Assembly (NCBI GenBank): GCA_034430595.1 | Contig: DAOUEL010000078.1 | Location: 285,013-349,012 of the forward strand | Direction of reading: 5' to 3' | DNA from: Anaerolineales bacterium | Lineage (GTDB): Bacteria > Chloroflexota > Anaerolineae > Anaerolineales > E44-bin32 | Length of the DNA: 64,000 nt | Part shown: piece after piece, positions 47,040 to 56,268 of the stretch | How positions within the stretch are numbered: position 1 is the stretch's first letter | Layout of the letters: every line of letters begins with the position of its first letter | Program-made: the position numbers and the translations under genes | Notes under the pieces: generated by a model | Database searches by the model: none | Told to the model about the DNA's origin: nothing | Seen by the model: the letters and a program-made list of their open reading frames with translations, nothing else

Positions 47040-49538
47040 TCACAGGAGGCTGACTGGATCGATATCCACGCCCCATCCCTCAGGCAGTGCTTCCGGGATG
47101 AACTCGGCTGGATTCGTGCCGCGCAGGATCAAGTGCCAGCGATAGAAGCCGCGCACCCGCCCAAAGAAGCATGGTGCGGGTCCGATCAGGTTGAGTTTCT
47201 TGCCGGATTCCTGTGCGCTGGCCTGAAGCCTGGTCGCAAGCCGCGTGGCACCCCGCTCGGCCTGTGTGGAGGAGGTATGGCGGTATACCAGCCGGGCCAG
47301 GTGCTGGAACGGCGGGTAAGCTAGCTCCTGTCGCAGCTTCAGCTCCTGCTGGTAGAAGCGTTCGTAATCGTGGCTGGACGCAGCCTGGATCGCGTAGTGC
47401 TCCGGCTGGTAGGTCTGCAGGATCACCCTTCCGCCGAGTAATCCACGGCCGGCACGCCCGGCGACCTGGGTCAAGAGCTGGAACGTTCGCTCGGCTGCGC
47501 GGAAGTCAGGCAGGTTCAGACCGGTGTCAGCCGAGACGACGCCCACCAACGTCACAAGCGGGATGTCGAGACCTTTGGCGAGCATCTGGGTGCCGATCAG
47601 GATGTCCGCCCGATGGGCGGCGAAATGAGCGAGGATGACATCGTGGGCACCCCTGGCCTGCGTTGAGTCGCGGTCCCAGCGCAGTGTGCGTGCGTCCGGG
47701 AAGGCGCGTTCAGCCTCGGCCTGAATGCGTTGGGTTCCGGCACCAAAGTGGCGAACACGCCGCCCACCACACTGTGGGCAGACCTCAACCGGAAAGCTGT
47801 TATATCCACAGTGATGACAGACCAGGCGGGCGGGATCCCGGTGCAAGGTCAGGCTGCGATCACAGCGCGGGCAGCGCGCCACCCAGCCACAGTCACGGCA
47901 GAAAACGTATGTCTCCGAGCCGCGTCGGTTGAGGAACAGGATGGCTTGTTCGCCATTATCCAGCGTGGCTTTGAGCGCTTCGCTTAACGCCCGGCTGAAA
48001 ATTGACCGGTTGCCAGCTTTCAGCTCGAGGCGCATGTCGACCACCCGCACGGGAGGGAGCTCGATCGAACGCGCTTCGCCGCCGGCGTCCTCGTATCGGT
48101 CAGGAATACCCAGCCTGGCGGCCTGTGTCGCCAGGCGGTTGCGATGAGCCATGATGCGCCGGGGAAGCCTGAGCAGCCTGAGATGGCCGCGCTCGGCCTC
48201 GTAGCGGGTTGTTATATCAGGGGTCGCGGTACCGAAGATCAAGGTCGCGCCGAGCAATGAGGCAAATTTGCGCGACGCATCACGGGCGTGATAGCGGGGC
48301 GGGCGCGTTGCTTCCTTATAAGATTCGTCATGCGATTCATCAAGCACGATCAAGCCGATCGATGGTAGAGGAGCGAAAAGCGCACTACGCGGTCCGACAA
48401 CCACCCGCAGGTTTCCCAGCCGGCACCTGCGCCAGGTGTCAAAGCGCTCACCTTCGGAGAGGTCCGAATGGATCAAACCCACCTGGCCGGGAAAGCGCGC
48501 CACGAAGCGACGGACGGTTTGTGGCGTGAGCGCAATCTCGGGCACGAGCACGATCGCCGATCGGCCGGAGGCGATCGTCTCGGCGACAGCCCGCAGGTAG
48601 ATTTCGGTCTTGCCAGACCCGGTAACGCCCTGCAGTAGAAACGCGTTGTGCGAGCCGGACCGGAGCGAGGCTTGAATCGGTTCCCAGGCCTGTTCCTGGT
48701 CTGAGGTGAGCGGGGGTGGGTCGGTCGGTACGAAGTCCAACTCTTCCAACGGATCGCGCCAGACCTGCGATTCGCTCAGCACAATCAGATCGTGCTCTTC
48801 CAGGATGTGCAGGTCACCTAGCGCGCCGCCGGTCTCGGCGTAGAGCCAGGTCACGTCGAGTGGTTCACCCTCCTGAATCAGCATCTCGATCATCGCCTGC
48901 CGGCGTTGATCGGCCTGGCTGCCAGAGCGGCCGATCTCCGCAACCAGGCGGCGTGCTTCATCTGGTGTGGTGCTCAGGCGTGCATTGCGGACGGATTTAG
49001 GGCGAACGCGCGGCGGGTCAAGCACCGAGCTGCGCTGCAGGACTCCGCCTCGAACCAATGCCTCAGCGGCGGGCTTCCAGCGCCGGCGCGGCAGCGCGTG
49101 GGCGAGCTGGCGGCCGCGCAGGTCACCACGCTCGGCGAGCATTGAAAGAATACGGCGCTGGAGATCGGTTTCAGGCTCGAATTCGGGCTGTATAAGGTGG
49201 TAAATCGAATCGGCCTGCTGGCTGAGTCCGGGCGGGATCATCAAGGTCAGCGCGTCGATCAGTGCCGCATGATAGACATCTGCTATCCAACGCGCTAACT
49301 CGATCTGAGTTTTGGAAAGTACCGGGTACGGATCAACCAGGCTTTCGACCGGTTTTGTCTCGGTGACGGCTGGTTCGGCAGGCAATTGGATGACTACCCC
49401 CTGGACCCGGCGTGTACCGAAAGGCACGGTTACCAGCTGGCCAATTGCAATCGCTGAACGCAGATGTGGTGGGACATGATAGTCGAATGTTCCACGCACC
49501 GGAGGCAGGTTGACGGCAACCCGGGCGTAGTTCGACAA
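47040..49538 (-). CDS. priA: primosomal protein N' (replication restart helicase PriA)
   Basis: YARVAVNLP...FDYHVP N-terminus, helicase motifs (GVTGSGKTEIYL, DESHDESYK) and a Cys-rich zinc insert (CRDCG...CPRCD...CHHCG...CPQCGG). TTG at 49538 gives (M)SNYARVAVNL, 4 nt after the upstream stop. The listed 884-aa ORF overlaps the upstream gene. Confidence 0.92.
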   Translation of the reverse strand: MSNYARVAVNLPPVRGTFDYHVPPHLRSAIAIGQLVTVPFGTRRVQGVVIQLPAEPAVTETKPVESLVDPYPVLSKTQIELARWIADVYHAALIDALTLMIPPGLSQQADSIYHLIQPEFEPETDLQRRILSMLAERGDLRGRQLAHALPRRRWKPAAEALVRGGVLQRSSVLDPPRVRPKSVRNARLSTTPDEARRLVAEIGRSGSQADQRRQAMIEMLIQEGEPLDVTWLYAETGGALGDLHILEEHDLIVLSESQVWRDPLEELDFVPTDPPPLTSDQEQAWEPIQASLRSGSHNAFLLQGVTGSGKTEIYLRAVAETIASGRSAIVLVPEIALTPQTVRRFVARFPGQVGLIHSDLSEGERFDTWRRCRLGNLRVVVGPRSALFAPLPSIGLIVLDESHDESYKEATRPPRYHARDASRKFASLLGATLIFGTATPDITTRYEAERGHLRLLRLPRRIMAHRNRLATQAARLGIPDRYEDAGGEARSIELPPVRVVDMRLELKAGNRSIFSRALSEALKATLDNGEQAILFLNRRGSETYVFCRDCGWVARCPRCDRSLTLHRDPARLVCHHCGYNSFPVEVCPQCGGRRVRHFGAGTQRIQAEAERAFPDARTLRWDRDSTQARGAHDVILAHFAAHRADILIGTQMLAKGLDIPLVTLVGVVSADTGLNLPDFRAAERTFQLLTQVAGRAGRGLLGGRVILQTYQPEHYAIQAASSHDYERFYQQELKLRQELAYPPFQHLARLVYRHTSSTQAERGATRLATRLQASAQESGKKLNLIGPAPCFFGRVRGFYRWHLILRGTNPAEFIPEALPEGWGVDIDPVSLL

Positions 49539-49542
49539 GGCT

Positions 49543-50892
49543 TTACTCTGGCGAGTAACTCGTCTGCCGACCCGGTCCGCGTTTCGGCAGCGGCTGAATC
49601 GATACGCGTGCGATGCGGAAGCCGTCCATCGCTTCCACGCGCAGCCGTACCCCATCGACCTGAATCGCATCGCCCACCTTGGCCATGCGTTCAAGACGAC
49701 CGAGGATATAGCCGGCGATCGTGTCGTAATTGGGATCCTGTAGCTTGATATTGAAGTGTTCGTTCACTTCCTCGATCAATGTCAAACCATCGACCAGCGA
49801 GGATCCGTCTGCAAGCGGCTGGATATCGGGTTCGTCGTCGAATGGATCGCTGACCTCGCCTACGATCTCCTCCAGCAGGTCCGCCAGCGTGACGATGCCG
49901 GCCGTGCCCCCGTATTCATCGAGCACGATGGCGATGTGGCGGTGGTGCATGCGGAAGAGTCGCAGGAGCGAATTGACATGGGCGGTCTCTGGAATGAAGA
50001 TCGCCTCGCGCATCAAATCGCGCGCCTTAAGCGATTCGGGATTGACGTTGATCTTCAGCAGCAGGTCTTTCAGGTGAACCACTCCCAGGATTTCATCCTG
50101 GTTTTCGGCATACACGGGAAATTTGCTGTAGGGATGCTGTGCTGCCAGATCGAGCATCTCCTTCAGGCTGGTGTCCTCGCGCACGGCGGCCATCTCTGTG
50201 CGCGGCACCATGACCTGCCGCACGAGAAGTTCGCCGAAATCAAAGACGGCATCGACCATCTCCTGGGCGTCGTTCTCAACCAGGCCCCCTTCGGCGCTGG
50301 CGCGCACAAGCATCTTTAATTCCTCGATCGAGTGAACCAGCTCGTGTCCAGCAGCAGGTTCGACGCCTACCAGCCGGAGCAGCGCATTACCTGTTCCATT
50401 TAGAAGCCAGATTGCGGGTTTAAAGATCCACTCGGTCCAGACCGTAGGCTGTGCTACGAACAGCGCCGTGCGCTCCGGGTTCTGGAGGGCGACCGATTTT
50501 GGCGCCAGCTCCCCAACCACGACATGCAGGAAAGTAATCAGCGCGAAGGCCAGCCCAGCCGAGATACCGTGGGATACTTCCGCCTGCGCAGCGCCGGGGA
50601 AGAGGTTTATGATCGGCTCGATGAGAAAGCTCAAGGCCGGCTCGCCGATCCAGCCCAGCCCGAGGCTGGCGAGCGTGATACCAAGCTGCGTGGCGGCGAT
50701 GAAGCGGTCCGGGTTCTCAATCGCAGTCTGCACCCAGCGGGCGCGTGGATTGCCCTGGCGAACGAGTTCGTGAACTCGCGTGCGGCGCACGCTGACCAGC
50801 GCAAATTCAGCTGCGACGAAGAATCCGTTGGCGCCAACCAGGAGTACGACAAAAGCCAATCGCAGAAGCGAGGATGATACGCTGCCTTCCAT
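49543..50892 (-). CDS. CNNM/CorC-type transporter (DUF21, CBS pair, CorC_HlyC); annotated in databases as hemolysin family
   Basis: N-terminal 4-TM DUF21 (FFVAAEFALVSVRRTR), a CBS pair and a C-terminal transporter-associated domain. Confidence 0.92.
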   Translation of the reverse strand: MEGSVSSSLLRLAFVVLLVGANGFFVAAEFALVSVRRTRVHELVRQGNPRARWVQTAIENPDRFIAATQLGITLASLGLGWIGEPALSFLIEPIINLFPGAAQAEVSHGISAGLAFALITFLHVVVGELAPKSVALQNPERTALFVAQPTVWTEWIFKPAIWLLNGTGNALLRLVGVEPAAGHELVHSIEELKMLVRASAEGGLVENDAQEMVDAVFDFGELLVRQVMVPRTEMAAVREDTSLKEMLDLAAQHPYSKFPVYAENQDEILGVVHLKDLLLKINVNPESLKARDLMREAIFIPETAHVNSLLRLFRMHHRHIAIVLDEYGGTAGIVTLADLLEEIVGEVSDPFDDEPDIQPLADGSSLVDGLTLIEEVNEHFNIKLQDPNYDTIAGYILGRLERMAKVGDAIQVDGVRLRVEAMDGFRIARVSIQPLPKRGPGRQTSYSPE

Positions 50893-51848
50893 CAGACCGG
50901 CCCGGTTCCTGGGTTACTGGTACGGTAAATCACCGCAGACCCGTACCCGACGACGGAAGTCATGTCACCGGTCACGTCGCCGGAGGTCGCATGCTGGAGC
51001 AGGCGGACACGATCGGCGCCGAGCCCGCGTGCTGCCCAGAGTGCTGCGGCTACCGCCCCCCGCCCGCATGCGAACCCGACGCCTTCGGTCTCGGCATCCA
51101 GGACCTGCTCGGGTTGAAAACTCTCGATTCGGTGCAGCATCTCATGATCCAATTTCTGCGCAATTTCCTGCGGGTAGAAATGTGAGAGGTCCGAACTGGC
51201 AACGATCAGGCTCCGGCCACGTTCGAGCACAGAGGCGAGCGCCTCCCCGACCGCACGTACAACCCGTTTGCTCTGGTCGCGCAGCATCAGTGGCAGCAGT
51301 CGAAATTCGGACCGGAGCGCCCGCTGCAGGAATGGAAGCTCGATCTCCAGCGCGTGTTCCTGGTCCCTGACAATCTGCTGAACATCGATCTGATCCACCA
51401 GGCGCAGCTGGCGTTCAAAACTCGCCTGCCGTTCATGATCGATGCTTATTTCACCGAGTGGGGTCGCGTAGGCGCTATGCCCGCTCGTCAGGACCTGGCC
51501 GGGAGCAAGGGCGTGCAGCGGTGAGAGTATGGCCACTATATCGGGCTGCAGCTCACGGATCAGTGCAAAGGCATATGCCGCGACCTGGCCGGAGTAGCGG
51601 TGGCCGGCGTGCGGCACGATCAAACCGACGATCTCACCTTCGACTGGAGCTGTTCCGGCAGCGTTTTCGAGGAAGCGATCGATTGACTCGGCAAGTCTGC
51701 GCGAATCGCCCGGGTACCAGGTTCCTGCGATCGGTGAGGGGCGGACATTTCTTGGGACAAGCTTTTCTGACACAGCAACGGCATTGTAGCACAAAGCGTA
51801 ACCTGCGTTCATCCGCGGTACGGGACGGCTCATCCGGCCTCTTGACAC
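50892..51848 (-). CDS. Memo-like protein (AmmeMemoRadiSam system protein B family)
   Basis: SPIAGTWYPG...LIVPHAGHRYSGQVAAYAF...SSDLSHFY are Memo/dioxygenase-B-like motifs. The true start may be the internal Met at 51812. Confidence 0.88.
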   Translation of the reverse strand: MSRGRMSRPVPRMNAGYALCYNAVAVSEKLVPRNVRPSPIAGTWYPGDSRRLAESIDRFLENAAGTAPVEGEIVGLIVPHAGHRYSGQVAAYAFALIRELQPDIVAILSPLHALAPGQVLTSGHSAYATPLGEISIDHERQASFERQLRLVDQIDVQQIVRDQEHALEIELPFLQRALRSEFRLLPLMLRDQSKRVVRAVGEALASVLERGRSLIVASSDLSHFYPQEIAQKLDHEMLHRIESFQPEQVLDAETEGVGFACGRGAVAAALWAARGLGADRVRLLQHATSGDVTGDMTSVVGYGSAVIYRTSNPGTGPV

Positions 51849-51917
51849 CAGAACACATGTTCGAGTAATATTAGAACACTCGTTCTATATGCCGCGACGG
51901 GTTATGGAGGTGTTGTG

Positions 51918-52889
51918 ATGGAAAGGGCGTTCTATTCAGAGGCGATGTTCGATCAGCAGGCCGATCAAATTGAATCGGCGTTGACGCGCCTGGCACTGCC
52001 GGCCAGGGTGGATGGCGGCGTGGTTCGAGAGAACCATGTGCGCTACCATCTGACGCCGGCAGTTGGCACGCAGCCGCTGGAGGTGGTGGAGCTGGCGGAG
52101 GATGTCGCCCAGGAAATCGGGGTGAAGGACGTGCGCGTGCTGCGCGAGGCGGGCGAGCTGGCGATCGAAGTGCCGCTCGAGCGCGCCAGTGGATTGGGGC
52201 TGCTGCCGCTGGTCCATGCTCTGCCACGTATGCAGCCGCTTTCGGCCGTGGTGGGCATGAGCCGCAGCGGGCAGCCGCTGCTGCTCGAACTAGAACAGAC
52301 CGCATCGTGGCACGTGCTGATTCGGGCCGGGGCCGGGATGGGCAAGTCGGAGCTGCTGCGCACGCTCAGTACTTCATTGGCCCTGGCCAGCCGTCCAGCG
52401 CAGGTTGGTTTTCTGGGAATTGACCTGAGCGGCCGCGAGCTAACGCACCTTGATTCTCTACCGCATACGCTGACCGATGTTGCCACCAACGCCGAGTACG
52501 CTGAGGAGCTCCTGCAGTGGTTGGTCGAGGAGATGGAGCGGCGAATGCAGGCCGGCATCTATCTACCGCACCTGGTGCTCTTTGTCGACGACATGGACCG
52601 GTTGCGTGATCGGCTCGGCGCAAAGCTGGATCAGCTGCTGGAATCGATCCTTGTTGATGGCCCACGTTCCGCAATCCACCTCTTTGCAGCAGCACGTGAG
52701 GCGGTCGCTGGAAGAGGACTGCTCGCGCGAGCGTCCACGAGCGCCGCGTGGATCGAAGGATACACGGAGGAACGGCGGGGCAGTTTCCATATTCGCTGTG
52801 GAGCGGAATCCGTCCAGGCCGACGCGGCCTGGATGAGCGCCAGCGAGCTTGATTCGGCGGTCCGCCTTGTCCGGTCTGGATTGCGTTAG
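51918..52889 (+). CDS. soluble FtsK/SpoIIIE-family ATPase (motor domain only; no TM region, no gamma domain)
   Basis: Walker A HVLIRAGAGMGKSELL and Walker B HLVLFVDDMDRL. The N-terminal segment (ALTRLALPARVDGGVVRENHVRYHLTP...ELAIEVP) resembles the FtsK alpha/beta lead-in. ATG at 51918, 8 nt after GGAGG. Confidence 0.75.
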   Translation: MERAFYSEAMFDQQADQIESALTRLALPARVDGGVVRENHVRYHLTPAVGTQPLEVVELAEDVAQEIGVKDVRVLREAGELAIEVPLERASGLGLLPLVHALPRMQPLSAVVGMSRSGQPLLLELEQTASWHVLIRAGAGMGKSELLRTLSTSLALASRPAQVGFLGIDLSGRELTHLDSLPHTLTDVATNAEYAEELLQWLVEEMERRMQAGIYLPHLVLFVDDMDRLRDRLGAKLDQLLESILVDGPRSAIHLFAAAREAVAGRGLLARASTSAAWIEGYTEERRGSFHIRCGAESVQADAAWMSASELDSAVRLVRSGLR

Positions 52890-52918
52890 GTCGGGTATGA
52901 GAAAGGTGTCGAAGCAGG

Positions 52919-53182
52919 ATGGGATCGGTAAGGGCTGAAGAGCGAATTCGCGTCCACCGCACCGTGATGGGTGCAATACCGCAGGAATTCACCTGGCGCG
53001 GACGACGCTATAGTGTGCAGCATATCGAGCATACCTCTCCGAGGGCGCACGAACGCAGCATGCCAGGGCTGCGCAAGGAGTTCTATGTGCTGCAGACGAA
53101 ACAAGGTTTGAAGTGCCGCATCTCGCATGAGCTTGAACGCGGAGTCTGGCGTCTGGAGCAGATGCTTGGTGCAGGAGGTTGA
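52919..53182 (+). CDS. small hypothetical protein (87 aa)
   Basis: The ORF follows the FtsK-like gene by 29 nt and is coupled to the next gene. Basic and Trp/Arg-rich (EFTWRGRRYSVQHIEH). No family recognised and the start is uncertain. Confidence 0.5.
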   Translation: MGSVRAEERIRVHRTVMGAIPQEFTWRGRRYSVQHIEHTSPRAHERSMPGLRKEFYVLQTKQGLKCRISHELERGVWRLEQMLGAGG

Positions 53183-53187
53183 GCAAG

Positions 53188-53433
53188 ATGAAAGTCGGGA
53201 TGCTCTGGTTCGATGAGGATCAAACGCGTTCGCTGGCTGCGCGTATCAGCCGGGCGGCCGAGTATTACCAGCGGAAGTACGGTGCAAGGCCGAACCTGTG
53301 CATGGTCCATCCACTGACGATGGAGCAGGAGGAGCAGGCCGCTCAGGAAGGGTTAAGGGTCTGTTCGAGCAACGCGGTTCTGCCAAACTACTTCTGGCTC
53401 GGTGTTGAGGATCGAGGCTTTCAGACTGCGTAG
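53188..53433 (+). CDS. small hypothetical protein (81 aa)
   Basis: ATG at 53188 is preceded by GCAGGAGG, which lies inside the end of the upstream ORF (stop at 53180-53182). Product starts MKVGMLWFDEDQTRSLAARI... No family recognised. Confidence 0.55.
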   Translation: MKVGMLWFDEDQTRSLAARISRAAEYYQRKYGARPNLCMVHPLTMEQEEQAAQEGLRVCSSNAVLPNYFWLGVEDRGFQTA

Positions 53434-53574
53434 GGGCAGACGGGACCTATCAAAGGCAGGCAGCTTATCAATGCGTCGGGCGGTGAAACGATATTCATTC
53501 AAGTGCGCGGTGCATCCGCAATCAATGGGCTGTAGCCAGGCATAAGGCAGTCGAAGGGGGCGGCTGCCTTTGCT

Positions 53575-54564
53575 TCAGGCCAGGGTGAGCGCGCCGATCA
53601 AGCTGTCCAGAGCGACATTCAAGTCAGCTTGGCTTGACTTGACATCCAAATCGATGCGCAGCAATTCATGATAGATGCGGTCGAGATCGGAAGGAGAGAA
53701 AGTCCTGGCCTGGTTTAAAATCCGCTGGACGATAAATGGCGGTAACGAAAGCACCTGCGCTGGGTCTGTGCCGAGATCAAGGGCTTCCCGGGCGAGGATC
53801 AACAGCCGGAACTGGCGGATAATCATCGCGAAGGCATAGCGCACATCCGAGTCCTGCAGCACGCGCGCAAGATGGAGCTGTGCTGACTGAGCCTGGCGTT
53901 CGCCGAGAGCATCCACAAAATCGAAGATGTTCCCCTCGCCACGGAAAGGGGTCAACTCTTCAACATCAGCGGCTGATACCGGTCGCTGCCGGTCAACGTA
54001 ATCAAGCAGCTTTCGAATCTCTTGATCCGCAAGGTAAGGATCCTCCGCGACCCAATTACCGAGCAGTTGACCTGCCTCGAGTTCAAAAAACCCCCCGAAT
54101 TCTTCAGCCCGGCTCAGGATCCAGCGGGTGAATTCCGCACCACGCGGGTGGGCAAACAGGCGCAGGTAGCAGCGGTCGGGGTTATTTTCCGCCCACTCCC
54201 GCAGGCTGGTGTGCCGCCATTCATCTCGTGACCGGCGTGGCCGGGAAAGATGTTCCAGACAGACCAGGGCAGCGCTCTCGTGCAGGTCTTCCAGCAAGGG
54301 TTGGAATTCGGTCTGGAAGTCTTTTTTTTGTGGGAGTGCCTCGGCATGTTCCAGGATGATTAACCGCCGGTCGGATAGAAAGGGGACCTGGGCACAAGCC
54401 TGGAAGAGCAGGTCAAGATCCAGCTTGCGGGCATCGAACTGCTGGGTGTTCATTGAAGCAGTAGTCCCATCCCCGAGCTTGCCGCGCAGCATGCCGAGAA
54501 AATCTTCCATCGCGAAGAGATCGTCCCCGTAGAGCAGGTACAGTACTGGCGTGGCGTCTGCCAT
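53575..54564 (-). CDS. holA: DNA polymerase III subunit delta
   Basis: YLLYGDDLFAMEDFL...FLSDRRLIILEHAEAL and a helical C-terminal domain. 329 aa. Confidence 0.9.
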   Translation of the reverse strand: MADATPVLYLLYGDDLFAMEDFLGMLRGKLGDGTTASMNTQQFDARKLDLDLLFQACAQVPFLSDRRLIILEHAEALPQKKDFQTEFQPLLEDLHESAALVCLEHLSRPRRSRDEWRHTSLREWAENNPDRCYLRLFAHPRGAEFTRWILSRAEEFGGFFELEAGQLLGNWVAEDPYLADQEIRKLLDYVDRQRPVSAADVEELTPFRGEGNIFDFVDALGERQAQSAQLHLARVLQDSDVRYAFAMIIRQFRLLILAREALDLGTDPAQVLSLPPFIVQRILNQARTFSPSDLDRIYHELLRIDLDVKSSQADLNVALDSLIGALTLA

Positions 54565-55080
54565 CTACAGGCTTGTGAGAACGCGGTGCACGATCATGCC
54601 AGACTTCTCGAAACGCTCAACCTTGCGCACTTGCAAAGAGCCGGGATTCCCCTCCGTCGTCAGATGTTCCTGCGCTGATCTACCAAGCGGTTGAGCGATG
54701 ATCAGCGCGATAAGTGTGGACAGGATTGCGAGCGGCAGTCGTTCGATGCGCTTGAGCCAGCCGTCCTTTTCGCTTCCCAGGAAGGCCAGGTAAGCGGCAC
54801 TGCCGGCCAGCAAGCCGGAGGTGACCAGGTTCGTCCCGCAGTTGGGGTGAATGGCGAGTGAGCGTTCACCTTGCTGCAAACGCTGTAAAGCCCGCGAGAT
54901 ATGTTCCGAGAGAGAATCAGTATCTACCTGGCCATAGAGGAAAAAGCCGCGCATGTCAGAACGACCCACGAAGGTCCGGTTCGGATAGTGCTGGCTTAGG
55001 AGATGAATGGTCGCATGTTCGAGTGCATGATTGCGTCGAATGTTGAGCAACGGCGGGCGGTTGAGAAGTGAACTTGGCAA
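54565..55080 (-). CDS. conserved hypothetical protein with an HxxEH motif and hydrophobic C-terminal half
   Basis: 171 aa with NHALEHATIHLL and AIHPNCGTN motifs and two hydrophobic segments. Its stop codon directly abuts the holA start (54564/54565). Confidence 0.7.
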   Translation of the reverse strand: MPSSLLNRPPLLNIRRNHALEHATIHLLSQHYPNRTFVGRSDMRGFFLYGQVDTDSLSEHISRALQRLQQGERSLAIHPNCGTNLVTSGLLAGSAAYLAFLGSEKDGWLKRIERLPLAILSTLIALIIAQPLGRSAQEHLTTEGNPGSLQVRKVERFEKSGMIVHRVLTSL

Positions 55081-55160
55081 GGTCGGCCTCCAATCTCATT
55101 CGCGATTATACCCAGCTTGCGCCAGGCGCACCGGGCTGGAGAGTCGATCTAAACTTGAAT

Positions 55161-56174
55161 TCAGTTGGCGAGCACCGGTGGCAGTCCTTCTGGAACGGGT
55201 TGCAGGATATCAATTGAGACCAGCAGGCCGAGCGACCTGAGATCCGAACGAAGCTCAGCGGGGTCCTTGCGACGTAAAAGTTGGGTCATTCGCTCTGGAG
55301 GGATATTCAAAGGGGCCAGGTAGCGCTTCAGGTGCTTGCGGAAGCGGAGCATGCCGGTTTCAAGTCCGTGAAAATCAAGCATGCGTGCCAGGTGAGTTTC
55401 AATGACCCGGGACAACTCCATCTGGGTAACCTGCTGGCGTGTCTTACGCTGGAAGATCCAGGGGTTGCCTATCGCGCCTCTTCCGATCATAACCCCGTCA
55501 CACGCAGTGTGTGCCTTGATGCTTTCGATGTCTATGATTGTATGCACATCACCGTTGCCGAGCACCGGCAGGCTGACATTAGCCTTGATCTCTGCGATCG
55601 CGTCCCAATCTGCCCGGCCGGAGTAAGCCTGGGCGCGCGTCCGGCCGTGGACAGCCAGCAGAGATGCACCCGAAGCTTCGACTGCGCGCGCAACTTGAAG
55701 ATAGTTGCGTTCGTCCTCGTCCCAGCCGAGCCGAATTTTCGCGCTGACAGGCACGGGGAGGGATTTCACAAGGCGGGACAGAATCCTCTCGACTTTGGAG
55801 GGATCGCGCAGCAAACCGGCCCCAGCACCGCGCCCTGATACCTTGCGAACCGAGCAGCCCATATTGATATCAATGGCATCGGGTTCGAGTGCCATCAACT
55901 CCTGGGCAGCTTGCAGCAGACGGTCCTCATCGCTGTCGAAAAGCTGGAATATGACTGGCCTTTCGTCCGGCAGGTACCGCAGTTCATGCCAGGCCGCCTC
56001 GACTTCAGCAAGAAGTTCGATCGCGCCGACGAACGCCGTATAGCTGATCGCTGAGCCATGTTCCCGGCATATCGACCGGAAGGGAAGATCTGAAAAGCCG
56101 TCCATCGGCGCCAGAATCAGATCACCGTAAACAGGGATCGGGCCAATGGAAAAGCTTGGTTGAGAGTCCGACAT
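55161..56174 (-). CDS. dus: tRNA-dihydrouridine synthase
   Basis: LAPMDGFSDLPFR, DINMGCSVRKV and HGRTRAQ are motifs of the Dus TIM-barrel flavoenzyme family. Confidence 0.93.
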   Translation of the reverse strand: MSDSQPSFSIGPIPVYGDLILAPMDGFSDLPFRSICREHGSAISYTAFVGAIELLAEVEAAWHELRYLPDERPVIFQLFDSDEDRLLQAAQELMALEPDAIDINMGCSVRKVSGRGAGAGLLRDPSKVERILSRLVKSLPVPVSAKIRLGWDEDERNYLQVARAVEASGASLLAVHGRTRAQAYSGRADWDAIAEIKANVSLPVLGNGDVHTIIDIESIKAHTACDGVMIGRGAIGNPWIFQRKTRQQVTQMELSRVIETHLARMLDFHGLETGMLRFRKHLKRYLAPLNIPPERMTQLLRRKDPAELRSDLRSLGLLVSIDILQPVPEGLPPVLAN

Positions 56175-56268
56175 AGCCCGAGTTATACCGGACAGATCGA
56201 GAAGCAGTCAAGGATGAGGATTAAAGAATGGGTTCGCTGCCTAATGGAATTGGTCAGGTCCAGCCAGG

